DNA from: an uncultured Bacillota bacterium
Lineage (GTDB): Bacteria; Sysuimicrobiota; Sysuimicrobiia; Sysuimicrobiales; Segetimicrobiaceae
Length of the DNA: 64,000 nucleotides
NCBI GenBank assembly: GCA_963804645.1
Contig: CAWDRG010000017.1
Location: 256,001 to 320,000, forward strand
Reading direction: 5' to 3'
Under the pieces are notes generated by a model. It saw only the letters and a program-made list of their open reading frames with translations, was not told the origin of the DNA and did not search any database. The stretch's first letter is position 1, and each line of letters begins with the position of its first letter. Made by a program: the position numbers and the translations under genes. Shown here piece by piece: positions 1-11,978 of this stretch.

Positions 1-1377
1 GAGATACTCGTCGGGCGAGTGGGCCCGTCCGCCGTGATTCAGCCCCACCGGCACGAGCGGAATCTGCAGCGGCCGCTTGGTGAACACGTGCCAGGGCGCG
101 CTGCCCGCGGAGGTCGGCGCGACCAGCGGCTCGTAGCCGAACGCACGGCAGCTGCGCACCAGCGCCGCGACGAACGGCGACCTCGGCGAGGTCCGCGCCC
201 ACTCATGACTGCGGGCCTCCTCCACCGTGCGCCCCCCGCGCACCGCAACGATTTGGATGTCGCTGTAGCCGCGGCGGTCGAGGTGGCGCCGCACCTTCTC
301 GAGCACACCCCGGTAGGTTTGGTTCGGCACCAGCCGGGCCTCGAACTTGGCGCGCACGCGATGGGGCATCGACGTCTTGAAGTCGGGCCCGATGTAGCCC
401 CCGACGATGCCCTGGATGTTCAGGGTGGGGGCGAAGAACAGCTTCATCAATGCGTCGCGCCCGTGGACGTCGTCGATGAACCGGTCCACGGCCATCACCT
501 GTTTGGCGCTCTGTTCGTCGTAGTGCGGCGCCATCCGATCCACGAGCTCGACGTCCTCGGGGGCCGGCGGGAGGACGTCGTCGTAGAAGTCGTCGATGGT
601 GACGCGCTCGGGATGGGCGGGGTCGGTCATCGTCGCGAGCGCCTGGATCAGCCGCCATGCCGGGCTGTCGACCATCGCCGCGTTGCTGCTGTGAATGTCA
701 AACTGCCGCGGCCCGCGCCCCCACAGCGCTCCGGAGCACTCGAGCTCAAACGCCGCGCTGCCCTTGCAGCCGAGCGCCACCATCGGCACGCCCGTGAGGC
801 CCTGCAGCGCGCTCGGAAAGATCGCCGCCCGGGCGTCCTTCAGCCGGTCCAGGTAGGCCGTCGCGAAATCGACCAGCCGCGGGCTCCCGATCTCCTCTTC
901 GCCGTCGCTGATGAACTTGAGGTTCACGGGGAGCTCCTGCCCCGTCGCCCGGATCGACTCCACCGCGTTCAGAAATGCGCCCAGCGGGCCCTTTTGATTG
1001 ACCGCCCCCCTGCCGACAAGACACCGCCGAAACGGAGGCCGCGCGATGACCTGGGGATCGAACGGGTCGGGGATGAGCGTCCACTCTTCCCCCGTGATCT
1101 GCTTGACGTCGTACATGAAGTACACGAGGAGCGTCACCGGTTTGCCGGCGTCGTACTCCGCGTAGACGACGGGCTGCCCCTTCGTGGGGACGATCTCGAT
1201 GTGCTGGCAGCCGAGGCCGCGGTAGAACGAGGCCAACAGCTCCGCACACTCGGTCATCCCACGGTTCTCGGCCGAGATGCTCGGGATCCGAATCAGCTCG
1301 AGGATCCGCTCGAGATGCTCCGGCTGATGCCCATCGATGTGGTCGAACACCCGCTCGACCTGCAGTCCCTGCCGCAT
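1..1377 (-). CDS. M20/M25/M40 family metallopeptidase (ArgE/DapE-like), runs off the left window edge
   Basis: Manual minus-strand translation (not in the ORF track): MRQGLQVERVFDHIDGHQPEHLERILELIRIPSISAE...YFMYDV...GRGAVNQKG...DGEEEIGS...AHSPDEYL; GGAGG RBS before ATG at 1377. Confidence 0.85.
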   Translation of the reverse strand, partial: MRQGLQVERVFDHIDGHQPEHLERILELIRIPSISAENRGMTECAELLASFYRGLGCQHIEIVPTKGQPVVYAEYDAGKPVTLLVYFMYDVKQITGEEWTLIPDPFDPQVIARPPFRRCLVGRGAVNQKGPLGAFLNAVESIRATGQELPVNLKFISDGEEEIGSPRLVDFATAYLDRLKDARAAIFPSALQGLTGVPMVALGCKGSAAFELECSGALWGRGPRQFDIHSSNAAMVDSPAWRLIQALATMTDPAHPERVTIDDFYDDVLPPAPEDVELVDRMAPHYDEQSAKQVMAVDRFIDDVHGRDALMKLFFAPTLNIQGIVGGYIGPDFKTSMPHRVRAKFEARLVPNQTYRGVLEKVRRHLDRRGYSDIQIVAVRGGRTVEEARSHEWARTSPRSPFVAALVRSCRAFGYEPLVAPTSAGSAPWHVFTKRPLQIPLVPVGLNHGGRAHSPDEYL

Positions 1378-1582
1378 CGTGCCCTCCCCGGCCATCGTCG
1401 GCATGTGTGGACGCCCGGGCAAGCGCGGACGGGCGCCCCGTGGCTTTCGGCGTGCGGGCGGTCCCGCCCTCCGGTCCGCCCGCGGGACTCGACGGCCCGG
1501 AGCCCCGGTGCATCGGGCGCACGCCCGATACGCTGGAGGGCCTCACGGAGTCATACTTGAGAGGGGAATCCGAGGTGTTGCC

Positions 1583-1816
1583 GTGAAGGCGGGCATCATC
1601 CCGATGGAGGCGAACGACGAGAGCGCCCAGTACGACCCGGCGCTCCGGATCATGCTCGACGACCTCGTGCACGCGGGGCACGTCATCGTCGATGCGCCGG
1701 ACGTCGCGTGCAACGTCTGGCTCGCGGCCACGCGCAGGTATCCGGAGTCCGAAATCGTGCTGTCCCGCCCCGGACGGCGATACCGCATCGAGATGCTGTT
1801 CCGGCGAAATCTCTAG
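1583..1816 (+). CDS. small hypothetical protein (~77 aa)
   Basis: 3' part of ORF 1337..1816 has protein-like composition (LRIMLDDLVHAGHVIVDAPDVACNVWLAATRRYPESEIVLSR); GAGG RBS before GTG 1583; followed by a hairpin. Confidence 0.5.
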   Translation: MKAGIIPMEANDESAQYDPALRIMLDDLVHAGHVIVDAPDVACNVWLAATRRYPESEIVLSRPGRRYRIEMLFRRNL

Positions 1817-1834
1817 GGGCGGCAGCGAGCTGTA

Positions 1835-1872
1835 ACGACGCCGCCCGGGACCGTGGTCCCGGGCGGCATCGT
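1835..1872. terminator. GC-rich hairpin between convergent genes (possible bidirectional terminator)
   Basis: ACGACGCCGCCCGGGACC-GT-GGTCCCGGGCGGCATCGT, 18-bp arms with one mismatch; no clear U-tract. Confidence 0.55.
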
Positions 1873-1914
1873 GTCACCGGCGGCACGCCGGCTGGGGCGT
1901 GCCGGAGTTTGGGC

Positions 1915-3540
1915 TTATGCGCTGAGCCAGCTCTTCTTGAACGCCATCCGCCGCTGGGTAAACGACTGCGTGAAGCCCTGCAGCTTCGACGACATCGACT
2001 CGAAGTTATACGCGACGTACCACCACCAGTTCGGGGACTCGTCGAGCAGCGTCTGCTGGATCTCGACGTAGAGGCTCCGGCGCTCGTCGTGGTTGAAGTT
2101 CTGGCGGGCCTGCTGCATCAGCAGATCCAGCTTGGGGTTCCGGTAGCCGCCGTAGTTGATGGTGCCCATCGAGTCGAAGTACGGGAACAGATACCCGTCG
2201 GGATCGGGGCGAAACGTGTTGCCGGAGCAGAAGATCTCCCCACCCTGCGTGCCGCCGCTCCGAACGCAAAGGCTGGTGTCGGCCACGAACGTGCCCCACT
2301 CTTCCTGGACCACCTGGGCGTCGACCCCGATCCGCTTGAGCGAGTCCTGCACCACGAGCGTGGTGGCGACGTACTGTGGATACAGCGGGGAGCATTTCAT
2401 CTGGATCGACAACCCGGCGCCGTTCGGATAGCCCGCCTCGGCGAGCAGCTTCTTCGCACCGTCGATGTCGGGCTTGTTGTAGGGCAGCACCTTGGGATCG
2501 AGATACCAGTCGCCGTAGCCGGTCGGCACCGGCCCGGAGGGCACGGCCTGGCCGAACGCCGCCTTCTGCATCACTTCGTTCGTATCGACCGCCATCCGGA
2601 GCGCCTTGCGGACGCGGGCGTCGTTCAGCGGCTTTTGATACACGTTGATGTACTGGAGCGTCACGTTGGCCACGGTGCGGTGGAGCGTGTTGATGTTCGG
2701 CGCCCCCTGCAGAGCCTGCGCGCCCTGCGCGTCGACAAACGCGAAGTGCACCTGCCCGGCGCGCAGCGCCGCGATCCGGGTGTTCTGGTCGGTCAGAATC
2801 TTGAACACCATGCCGTCGAAGTACGGGTACGGCTTGTCCCAGTAGTCGGTATTCTTGGCGTAGGTGATGTGGTCTTGCGGCACGTACTCCACGAGCTTGA
2901 ACGGCCCGGTGCCAACGGCCTGGACCTTCAAGTTCGCCTTCTCCGCGTAGCCCTTCGGCATGACGCCGGACGCGCGCATCCCGGCGAACGAGCCGAGAAG
3001 CCCGGGGTACGGCGACTTCATGTTCACTTGGACGGTCATCGGATCGAGCACCCGAACGTCCTGCACCTGGTCGAACCAACTGAACCACGGGGAGGCCGTC
3101 TTGGGGTCCAGCACGCGGTTGATGGTGTACTGCACGTCGTCGGCCGTCATCGGCTGCCCGTTGTGGAACTTGACGTTCGGACGCAGGTGAAACACCCAGG
3201 TCTTGCCGCCGTTCTGGATCTCCCACGACTGCGCAAGGCACGGGATGATGGTCATCTTCTCGTCGTACTGCACGAGACTCTCGTAAATGTGCTCGAACGC
3301 CTGCAGCGCCGAGAAGTTCGAGTCCGTGTGCGGATCGAGGCTGATCGGATCGACCTCCTGCGCGCAGACAAACGTGCCGCCGGGCCTGGGTTGTGCGGCC
3401 GCAGCCGCCGCTCCCGGCAAGGACACGGCCCCGCCGAGCATTCCCGCACCCGCGATGCCACCGCCGAGTGCGAGGCCCTGCACAAGCAGGTCGCGCCGGC
3501 TCAACCGTCCCTGGCGACCGGATCCGTTCGTACGTTCCAT
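1915..3540 (-). CDS. ABC transporter substrate-binding protein, family 5 (DppA/OppA-like), Tat signal
   Basis: LSRRDLL twin-arginine motif; SLDPH, IYESLV, FHLRPNVKFHNG, GTGPFKL motifs; start trimmed to MERTNG. Confidence 0.9.
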   Translation of the reverse strand: MERTNGSGRQGRLSRRDLLVQGLALGGGIAGAGMLGGAVSLPGAAAAAAQPRPGGTFVCAQEVDPISLDPHTDSNFSALQAFEHIYESLVQYDEKMTIIPCLAQSWEIQNGGKTWVFHLRPNVKFHNGQPMTADDVQYTINRVLDPKTASPWFSWFDQVQDVRVLDPMTVQVNMKSPYPGLLGSFAGMRASGVMPKGYAEKANLKVQAVGTGPFKLVEYVPQDHITYAKNTDYWDKPYPYFDGMVFKILTDQNTRIAALRAGQVHFAFVDAQGAQALQGAPNINTLHRTVANVTLQYINVYQKPLNDARVRKALRMAVDTNEVMQKAAFGQAVPSGPVPTGYGDWYLDPKVLPYNKPDIDGAKKLLAEAGYPNGAGLSIQMKCSPLYPQYVATTLVVQDSLKRIGVDAQVVQEEWGTFVADTSLCVRSGGTQGGEIFCSGNTFRPDPDGYLFPYFDSMGTINYGGYRNPKLDLLMQQARQNFNHDERRSLYVEIQQTLLDESPNWWWYVAYNFESMSSKLQGFTQSFTQRRMAFKKSWLSA

Positions 3541-3670
3541 AGGTGACGCCCCCTCTGCCTTCGCTGTCCGGTACCGCTGCCCCCCAAATCGTTGGCCCCT
3601 AGCGTTCTCTTCTCGGACGGGAGGTTCCTGCCTCCGCGGTGGGCGGAGGCCCGGCGCGGACGGCCCCGTG

Positions 3671-5005
3671 TCACCCGACGTGGTCGCGAAGAAATGCCAG
3701 GGTATCCGCCCAGGCGGCCGCCTGGCCGAACGCGTTCGCTTCCGGCGTCCCGCCGCGGAGCAGCACCTGGCCGCTGACGGCATGGCGCGTCCCGTCCACG
3801 GTTGTGGGCAGGTACGGGTACTTCAGCACGTGCCCCGCGCCGTGCGCCGAGAAGTGGCGGAACGGATAGGGGTGGCGGTGTGCGGCCAGCCGCGTCACGA
3901 CCATCTCCGCCATCACCGGAGACGGCCACAACTGGTCGTCCGAGCCGGAGACCACCAGCACGGGGCCGCGAATGCGCTCGACCGGGATCGCCACGCGCGC
4001 GACCGCGTCGGCATCGGCCAGCGCCGCGAGAAACCGCGGGGTCATCGCGGTCGGCGTATCGGACTCGGCCGCCGCCGGGCTGGCGGGAGGCTCGGACCGG
4101 GTCCTCGGCAGATACTCCACGGGCTGGCCCCGCCACGTCCAGGCCGCCCGCGGCGACGGCCCGGTCGGGAAGCCGCCGAACACGACCGACCCGGGCACGT
4201 AGGCGACGACGCCCGCGACCTGCGGGAAACGCGCCCCGAGCAGCAGGGCGAGCTCGCCGCCCCGGGACGCGCCCATCACGACGACCCGGTCCGGCCGCAC
4301 GCTCGGCTGCGCGCGCAGCCACTCGATCGCGGCCTCGAAGTACTCGAGGGGAATTTCCCAGAGCTCCGCCGGCAGCGTCTCATATCTGAAGTAGGCCAGC
4401 GCGAGCGCGGCGTAGCCGTGGCTGGCGAGGAGGGCGGCCCGCGGCTCCTGCAGGCCGCCCTCGGATCCGCCCATCACGAGGATCCCCGGACGCGGCTCCG
4501 CGTCGGCGGGTTGGAAGAATGTGCCGACGAGGCCCCGTGCGCGGACGGGAGTGCGCCGCACCCCGGGCCCCATCACCGGCCGGTCGAGCTGCGCGCCGGC
4601 GATCGCTCGCCCGTCGATCTCGGCGCGAAACGTCATCGTGAGCGGTGACGCGGACGCGTGCGGGAACGGCGACCGGTCCGACCTCCCGCGGTCCAGCTGC
4701 ATCGACCAAAACAGCCCGCTGAAATCGGTCCCCCGATAGGTGCCGTCGTCAGCGGGCTGCGCGGCGACATCCACCTCGCCGCGCGGGTTCGCGCGGTACC
4801 GCGCCCACGACGACCACGTCCGGCCGAGCTCGTCGTCCATGTGGGCACGCACCGTGACCGGGACGCCCGGATCGAGCCCACGGAGCGTGAGGTGGACGCG
4901 CTCATCGACCAGGGCGGGGTTCGGACCCAGGCCGATCACAGCCGGCGACGTCTGGGGGGACGGGCGATCCGCGAGCGGCGTCCCGGAGTCCTGGTCCGCC
5001 ATCAC
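3671..5005 (-). CDS. acyl-CoA thioesterase / BAAT family alpha/beta hydrolase
   Basis: N-terminal BAAT domain (WSSWARYRANPRGEVD...GLFWSM), GGSEGG, GASRGGE nucleophile elbow, DDQLWPS, GAGH. Confidence 0.88.
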   Translation of the reverse strand: MMADQDSGTPLADRPSPQTSPAVIGLGPNPALVDERVHLTLRGLDPGVPVTVRAHMDDELGRTWSSWARYRANPRGEVDVAAQPADDGTYRGTDFSGLFWSMQLDRGRSDRSPFPHASASPLTMTFRAEIDGRAIAGAQLDRPVMGPGVRRTPVRARGLVGTFFQPADAEPRPGILVMGGSEGGLQEPRAALLASHGYAALALAYFRYETLPAELWEIPLEYFEAAIEWLRAQPSVRPDRVVVMGASRGGELALLLGARFPQVAGVVAYVPGSVVFGGFPTGPSPRAAWTWRGQPVEYLPRTRSEPPASPAAAESDTPTAMTPRFLAALADADAVARVAIPVERIRGPVLVVSGSDDQLWPSPVMAEMVVTRLAAHRHPYPFRHFSAHGAGHVLKYPYLPTTVDGTRHAVSGQVLLRGGTPEANAFGQAAAWADTLAFLRDHVG

Positions 5006-5010
5006 CCGTG

Positions 5011-5955
5011 CTAGCCTGCGAGGCCGCCGACGTACCGGGCGGGATCGTGGTCGAATCTGCGCTTGCAGCGCTCGCAGCAGAAGTAAAACGCCTGCCCCGC
5101 CACCTCGGATCGGTACTGGGCGGACGCGACGTCCACGGTCATGCCGCAGACCGGGTCCCGCGCCTCGGCGTCGACGCGCGGCTGCGCGGCGCCGTCCGGC
5201 GCAGCGGCCGCCGCACGGGCGCGCGACACCTGCACGATCTCCGCCAAGATGCTCGCGGCGATCTCGGCCGGCGTCACGGCGCCGACGTCGAGTCCGGCGG
5301 GGACCTTCAGGCGGCCGAGCCGCTCCTCAGGAACGCCCCGCGCCCGCAGGTCCGCGATGATCGCCGCCGCTCGGCGTCGGCTGGCGACCAGGCTGACGTA
5401 GCCGGCCTCGGTGGTGAGGGCGTGTGCCAGCGCCTCTTCATCGAACGTGCCGTGGGTGACGACGACGATGCACGTCTGCGGCGCGATGCCGCACTGGGGC
5501 AGCTGTTCGACCGCGGCCTCGGACGGGATCCGCGTGACGCGGTAGTCCATGGCGTCGCCGAGTTTGACGAGCGTCTCCGCCACGGGCCCCTGCCCAATGA
5601 TCAGCACCTGGAGCCGCGGCAGCACCGGCTCCACGAAGATCTCAAGCGTGCCGCCGCTGTGGCAGGACATCGGATGTTCAATCATCCCTTCGCGCGGGTA
5701 CGCGACCGTGCCCTCTCCGACGAGCGCAATGAAGCGCGGCTGCCCGTCCGCGAGCGCCCGCAGCGCCTCCTTCACGACGACGGGCTCCGCGCAGCTGCCG
5801 CCGATCCACCCGGAAACGGTCCCGTCCTTCCGCACGAGCGCCTTGGCGCCGGGTTTGGACGAGGTCGGCCGATCGCACCGCACCACGGTCGCCAGCACGA
5901 ACGGCTCGCCCTGCTCGGTCAGGGCGTTCGCGAGCGCGAGCAGCTCGTGCGCCAC
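5011..5955 (-). CDS. XdhC/CoxF family Moco maturation protein with C-terminal YHS/TRASH domain
   Basis: LATVV..PTSSKPGAKALV..GWIGGSCAE, CHSGGTLEIFVEP, PAGLDVGAVTPAEIAASILAEI; DPVCGMTV...YFCCERCKRRF. Confidence 0.9.
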   Translation of the reverse strand: MAHELLALANALTEQGEPFVLATVVRCDRPTSSKPGAKALVRKDGTVSGWIGGSCAEPVVVKEALRALADGQPRFIALVGEGTVAYPREGMIEHPMSCHSGGTLEIFVEPVLPRLQVLIIGQGPVAETLVKLGDAMDYRVTRIPSEAAVEQLPQCGIAPQTCIVVVTHGTFDEEALAHALTTEAGYVSLVASRRRAAAIIADLRARGVPEERLGRLKVPAGLDVGAVTPAEIAASILAEIVQVSRARAAAAAPDGAAQPRVDAEARDPVCGMTVDVASAQYRSEVAGQAFYFCCERCKRRFDHDPARYVGGLAG

Positions 5956-5973
5956 GGCGTCCCTACACCGCCG

Positions 5974-6543
5974 TCATCCGGCGCCCTTGTCCCCGAAGAG
6001 CCGCCGGACCGAATCGCCGACCGCCTTCGCGCCGAGCGACAGCGCGTCGACCGGCTTCGCCTCGGAGGCCTGGGCGGCGCCGCCGCCGCCCGCCTCCAGC
6101 TTGGTCCGCACCGCGGTCGCGAACTGCTGAAAGACGTGGGTGGAGACGCTCTCGATCATCCCGCGGCCCATCTGCGCCAGAATGCCGCTGATGTTGACGT
6201 CGGCAGACACGGTGATCTCGGTGTGTCCGCCGTCGGCGGCCGCGAGGCGGCTGAGCATGCGCATCTCGGCCCCGCCCTTGCCCTTGATATCCTGGCCGCG
6301 GCCGACCGCCTCGACCTCCCAGTGCGCCGCGTCCACGCGCTCGAACCGCACCTGCCCCTTATAGGCCGCGGTGACGGGTCCGACCTTGACCGTCACCGTC
6401 CCCTCGTATGTCTGGTCATCCACCTTCGCGGTGATCGCCGCGCCCGGCAGGCACGCGACCACCTGGTACGGATCAGTCAGGAACGCCCAGACGCGCTCGA
6501 TGGGCGCGGCGACCGTGAACTTCTGCTCGATGTGACTCGCCAT
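5974..6543 (-). CDS. coxG: carbon monoxide dehydrogenase accessory protein CoxG (SRPBCC fold)
   Basis: VAAPIERVWAFLTDP..VVACLPGA, VKVGPV, LAQMGRGMI; directly downstream of coxL. Confidence 0.85.
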   Translation of the reverse strand: MASHIEQKFTVAAPIERVWAFLTDPYQVVACLPGAAITAKVDDQTYEGTVTVKVGPVTAAYKGQVRFERVDAAHWEVEAVGRGQDIKGKGGAEMRMLSRLAAADGGHTEITVSADVNISGILAQMGRGMIESVSTHVFQQFATAVRTKLEAGGGGAAQASEAKPVDALSLGAKAVGDSVRRLFGDKGAG

Positions 6544-6553
6544 GGGACCGCCT

Positions 6554-8919
<2,366 letters not shown>

Positions 8920-8920
<1 letters not shown>

Positions 8921-9402
8921 CACGCGCCCTCCTGCCGCAGCTTCGCGGCCGCGTACTGGATGGACTTCACGATGTTCACATACCCGGTGCACCGGCAGAG
9001 GTTGCCGGAGATCGCCCAGCGGATGTCGCCCTCGGTGGGGTTGGGCGTCTTCTTGAGAAACGCGTAGCTCGTCATCAGCATCCCGGGCGTGCAGTAGCCG
9101 CACTGGAGGCCGTGCTCCTGCATGAACCCCTCCTGCACGGGATGTAGCTGTCCGTTCTGTTCGAGTCCTTCCACCGTCATGATCGCCCGGCCGTCGGCCT
9201 GGACGGCGAACACGGTGCACGACTTGACCGGCCGCCCGTCGAGGAGCACGGTGCACGCACCGCAGTGCGTCGTGTCGCACCCGATGTGGGTGCCCGTCAG
9301 CCGGAACACTTCCCGCAGCAGATGCACGAGCAGCAGGCGCGACTCCACCTCCGCCTCGCGCGGTTCACCGTTGACCGTCATGTGGACGCGCATCGCGCTC
9401 AC
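8920..9402 (-). CDS. coxS: CO dehydrogenase small 2Fe-2S subunit
   Basis: [32 protein letters not shown] overlap with coxL. Confidence 0.95.
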
Positions 9403-10273
9403 CGCCCTCCGCCCGCGCGGGCCAGTGCCTGGCGCAGCGCGCGCCCCGTCAAGACGCGCACGAGATCCCGCTTGTACTCGACGGAACCCCGCCAGTCTTC
9501 GGTCGGGTCACACTCTGCGGCGGCCAGCCGCGCGGCCTCGGCGATCGCCGCGTCGTCCGGCCGCTTGCCCCGCAGCGACGCCTCCGCGCGTTTGGCTTGG
9601 ATGGGCGTCGCCCCGACGTTCGTCAGGCCGATGCCGACGCGCTCGCATGTCCCGTCCGCCGCGAGCGTCACCTGCACCGCGGCACCCGCGGTCGCGAAGT
9701 CCCCAACCTTTCGCTCCAGCTTTTGGTAGGCGCCGCCGGTCCGGGGTCCCGGCGCGGGCACCCGGATCTCCGTGAGGACCTCGCCGGGGGCGAGCGCCGT
9801 GGTGAACGGGCCCACGAAGAACGTCCCGATCGGCAGCCGCCGCTCCCCCCCGGCCCCACCGCCACGACCTCGGCGCCGAGCGCCAGCATGGTGGCCGGGT
9901 GGTCGTTCGCCGGATCGGCGTGCGCGAGATTCCCGCACACGGTGGCCAGGTTCCGCACCAGAGGATCGGCGATCACCCGGCTCGTGTCGTGCAGGATCGG
10001 ATAGCGCGAGCGCACGAGGTCCGACTCATCCAGATCCGACTCGCGGGCGAGGGCGCCGACCCGGAGCGTGCCGCCGTCTTCGCGCACGTACGCGAGTCCC
10101 GGCACGCGATTGATGTCGATGATGTGTTGGGGCGAGGCCAGGCGCAGCTTCATCAGCGGGATCAGGCTCTGTCCGCCCGAGAGGATCTTCGCGTCGTCTC
10201 CGTACTGCACCAGCAAGGCCGAGGCTTCCGTGATCGTTGCGGGGACATGGTACGTGAACGTAGCGGGGATCAA
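9399..10273 (-). pseudogene. coxM: CO dehydrogenase medium FAD subunit, frameshifted at a G7 run (9845-9851); may be a sequencing error
   Basis: N-half (TTG start after AGAGGAGG; AKILSGGQSLIPLMKLRL...RNLATVCGNLAHADPAND) in ORF 9668..10381; C-half (ERRLPIGTFFVGPFTTAL...ERKVGDFA...GSVEYKRDL) in ORF 9399..9938; one extra G restores the frame. Confidence 0.88.
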
Positions 10274-10380
10274 TCGTCGCCTCCTCTCATCAGAAAACCC
10301 GGCGGGCATGAGATCCGGCGCTTCGAGGCGCCGCCAGCATGCAGTCTCGCGGCACAAGAGCAAACGACGAACTGAGGTCA

Positions 10381-10408
10381 ATTATACGCCCGCCCAATTC
10401 CGTGTCAA
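10381..10408 (-). promoter_or_regulatory. consensus sigma70 promoter of the cox operon
   Basis: Minus strand TTGACA-16 nt-TATAAT, about 100 nt upstream of the coxM start. Confidence 0.8.
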
Positions 10409-10605
10409 CGCCACGAACGGTTGTGTGCCCTCCGGCACACCTCCGGGCCGGATCTCCGGCGCTCTCCCCTCAGTGCCGCCGCGCGCCGCCCCACCAAAGG
10501 GGACGCCGCGGTCCCGCAAGAAAGAGACGGGGTCGGCGCCGTCTCGCCACCCGCATGCCGGCGCCGAGGATGATCCGAGACCGCGACATTCTCAGGAGGC
10601 ACTCT

Positions 10606-11910
10606 GTGACGAAATCGATACGCCGATGGATCGTGGCTCTGCTCGCACTCGCGCTCGTCCTCCCCGCCGTCTGGACGGCGCCGGCCAGCGCCGCCCTCGA
10701 GCTCACCTTCTACTATCCAGTCGCCGTCTCAGGCCCGCTCGCGACACTCATGAACGGGATGGTTGATGACTTCAACCGCCTCCGTCCCGGCGTGCACGTG
10801 ACCCCGGTGTTCTCGGGAGACTACTACCAGGCGATGACGAAGGCCCAGACCGCGATCATGGGCGGGCAGCCGCCGGACGTCGCCGTCCTGCTCTCGTCGG
10901 ACCTGTTTACCCTGCTCGACATGGATGCGATCATCCCGCTCGACCGCTTCATTCAGGCGTCCGGCGGCGACCGGTTCCGCCAGGACGTCCCCGAGGCATT
11001 CTGGCTGAACTCGCGGATCGGGACCACCACCTACGCGATCCCGTTCCAGCGAAGCACGATCATCCTGTACTACAACCAGGACGCGTTCCAGAAGGCCGGG
11101 CTCGATCCGACCAAACCCCCGAAGAACTGGAACGAGTTGGCCCAGGACGCCCAGAAGCTGACCCTTCGGGACGCCGGCGGCAACACCACCCAGTGGGGGG
11201 TGGGCATTCCGACCTCGGGGCTGACCTACTGGCTGTTCCAGGGGTTCGTGGCGGAGGGCGGACAGAACAGGATGGCCAACGCGGACGGCACGGAGGTCTA
11301 CTTCGACACCCCGCAGGCGCATCAGGCCCTGGCCTACTGGCAGCAGCTGCAGGCGATGAAGGCCGAGCCGCAGGGGATCACCACGTGGGAGACGCTGCCG
11401 ACGCAGTTCGTCGCGGGCCAGTTCGCGATGATCTACCATACCACGGGGAGCCTGACGTTCATCCTCAACAACGCGAAGTTCAAGGTCGGCACCGCGTTCA
11501 TGCCCGCGGGCAGGCGGTACGGAACGCCGACGGGCGGCGGCAATCTGTACATCTTCAAAGGGACGTCGCCCGAGCGGCAGCAGGCCTCGTGGGAGTTTGT
11601 CCAGTGGATGACCGCGCCCCAGCAGGTGGCACGGTGGAGTCAGGCGTCCGGCTACGTGGCGGTCCGCAAGTCGGCGCTCGGCGTCGACGTCTACCGGCAG
11701 TACGTGGAGAAGGTACCGCAGGCGCTCACGGCGGGCCAGCAGCTCGAGTACGCGCAGGCGGAACTGTCGACGCACTCAAGCGGCCAGATCCAGAACTTTC
11801 TCTCGAACGATCTGCAGGCCGTGTTGATTGGACGGATGACCCCGGACGCGGCGCTCAAGGACGCGACCCAGCAGGCGAACCGGGTCCTGACACCGTTTCG
11901 GAAGAAATAG
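10606..11910 (+). CDS. ABC substrate-binding protein, family 1 (UgpB-like), orphan
   Basis: AGGAGG RBS and GTG; Sec signal peptide (ASA-A); YYPVAVSG, PPDVAVL, IPFQRST, GTPTGGGNLYIFK. Confidence 0.88.
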   Translation: MTKSIRRWIVALLALALVLPAVWTAPASAALELTFYYPVAVSGPLATLMNGMVDDFNRLRPGVHVTPVFSGDYYQAMTKAQTAIMGGQPPDVAVLLSSDLFTLLDMDAIIPLDRFIQASGGDRFRQDVPEAFWLNSRIGTTTYAIPFQRSTIILYYNQDAFQKAGLDPTKPPKNWNELAQDAQKLTLRDAGGNTTQWGVGIPTSGLTYWLFQGFVAEGGQNRMANADGTEVYFDTPQAHQALAYWQQLQAMKAEPQGITTWETLPTQFVAGQFAMIYHTTGSLTFILNNAKFKVGTAFMPAGRRYGTPTGGGNLYIFKGTSPERQQASWEFVQWMTAPQQVARWSQASGYVAVRKSALGVDVYRQYVEKVPQALTAGQQLEYAQAELSTHSSGQIQNFLSNDLQAVLIGRMTPDAALKDATQQANRVLTPFRKK

Positions 11911-11921
11911 CGTGGAGTCGA

Positions 11922-11956
11922 CCCGGGACGGCGCCCGTGTCGCGCGCCGTCCCGGG
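11922..11956. terminator. hairpin downstream of the SBP gene
   Basis: CCCGGGACGGCGC-9 nt-GCGCCGTCCCGGG, perfect 13-bp stem. Confidence 0.5.
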
Positions 11957-11978
11957 CGCGCACGCACCGGAGGGATCC

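Noticed and set aside
19..1560. Long + strand ORF and the many similar long Arg/Pro/Gly-rich ORFs (e.g. 1708..3546, 6542..8878, 30984..33563, 35814..37694)
   Set aside because: Antisense or off-frame shadows of real genes, expected in high-GC DNA; no motifs
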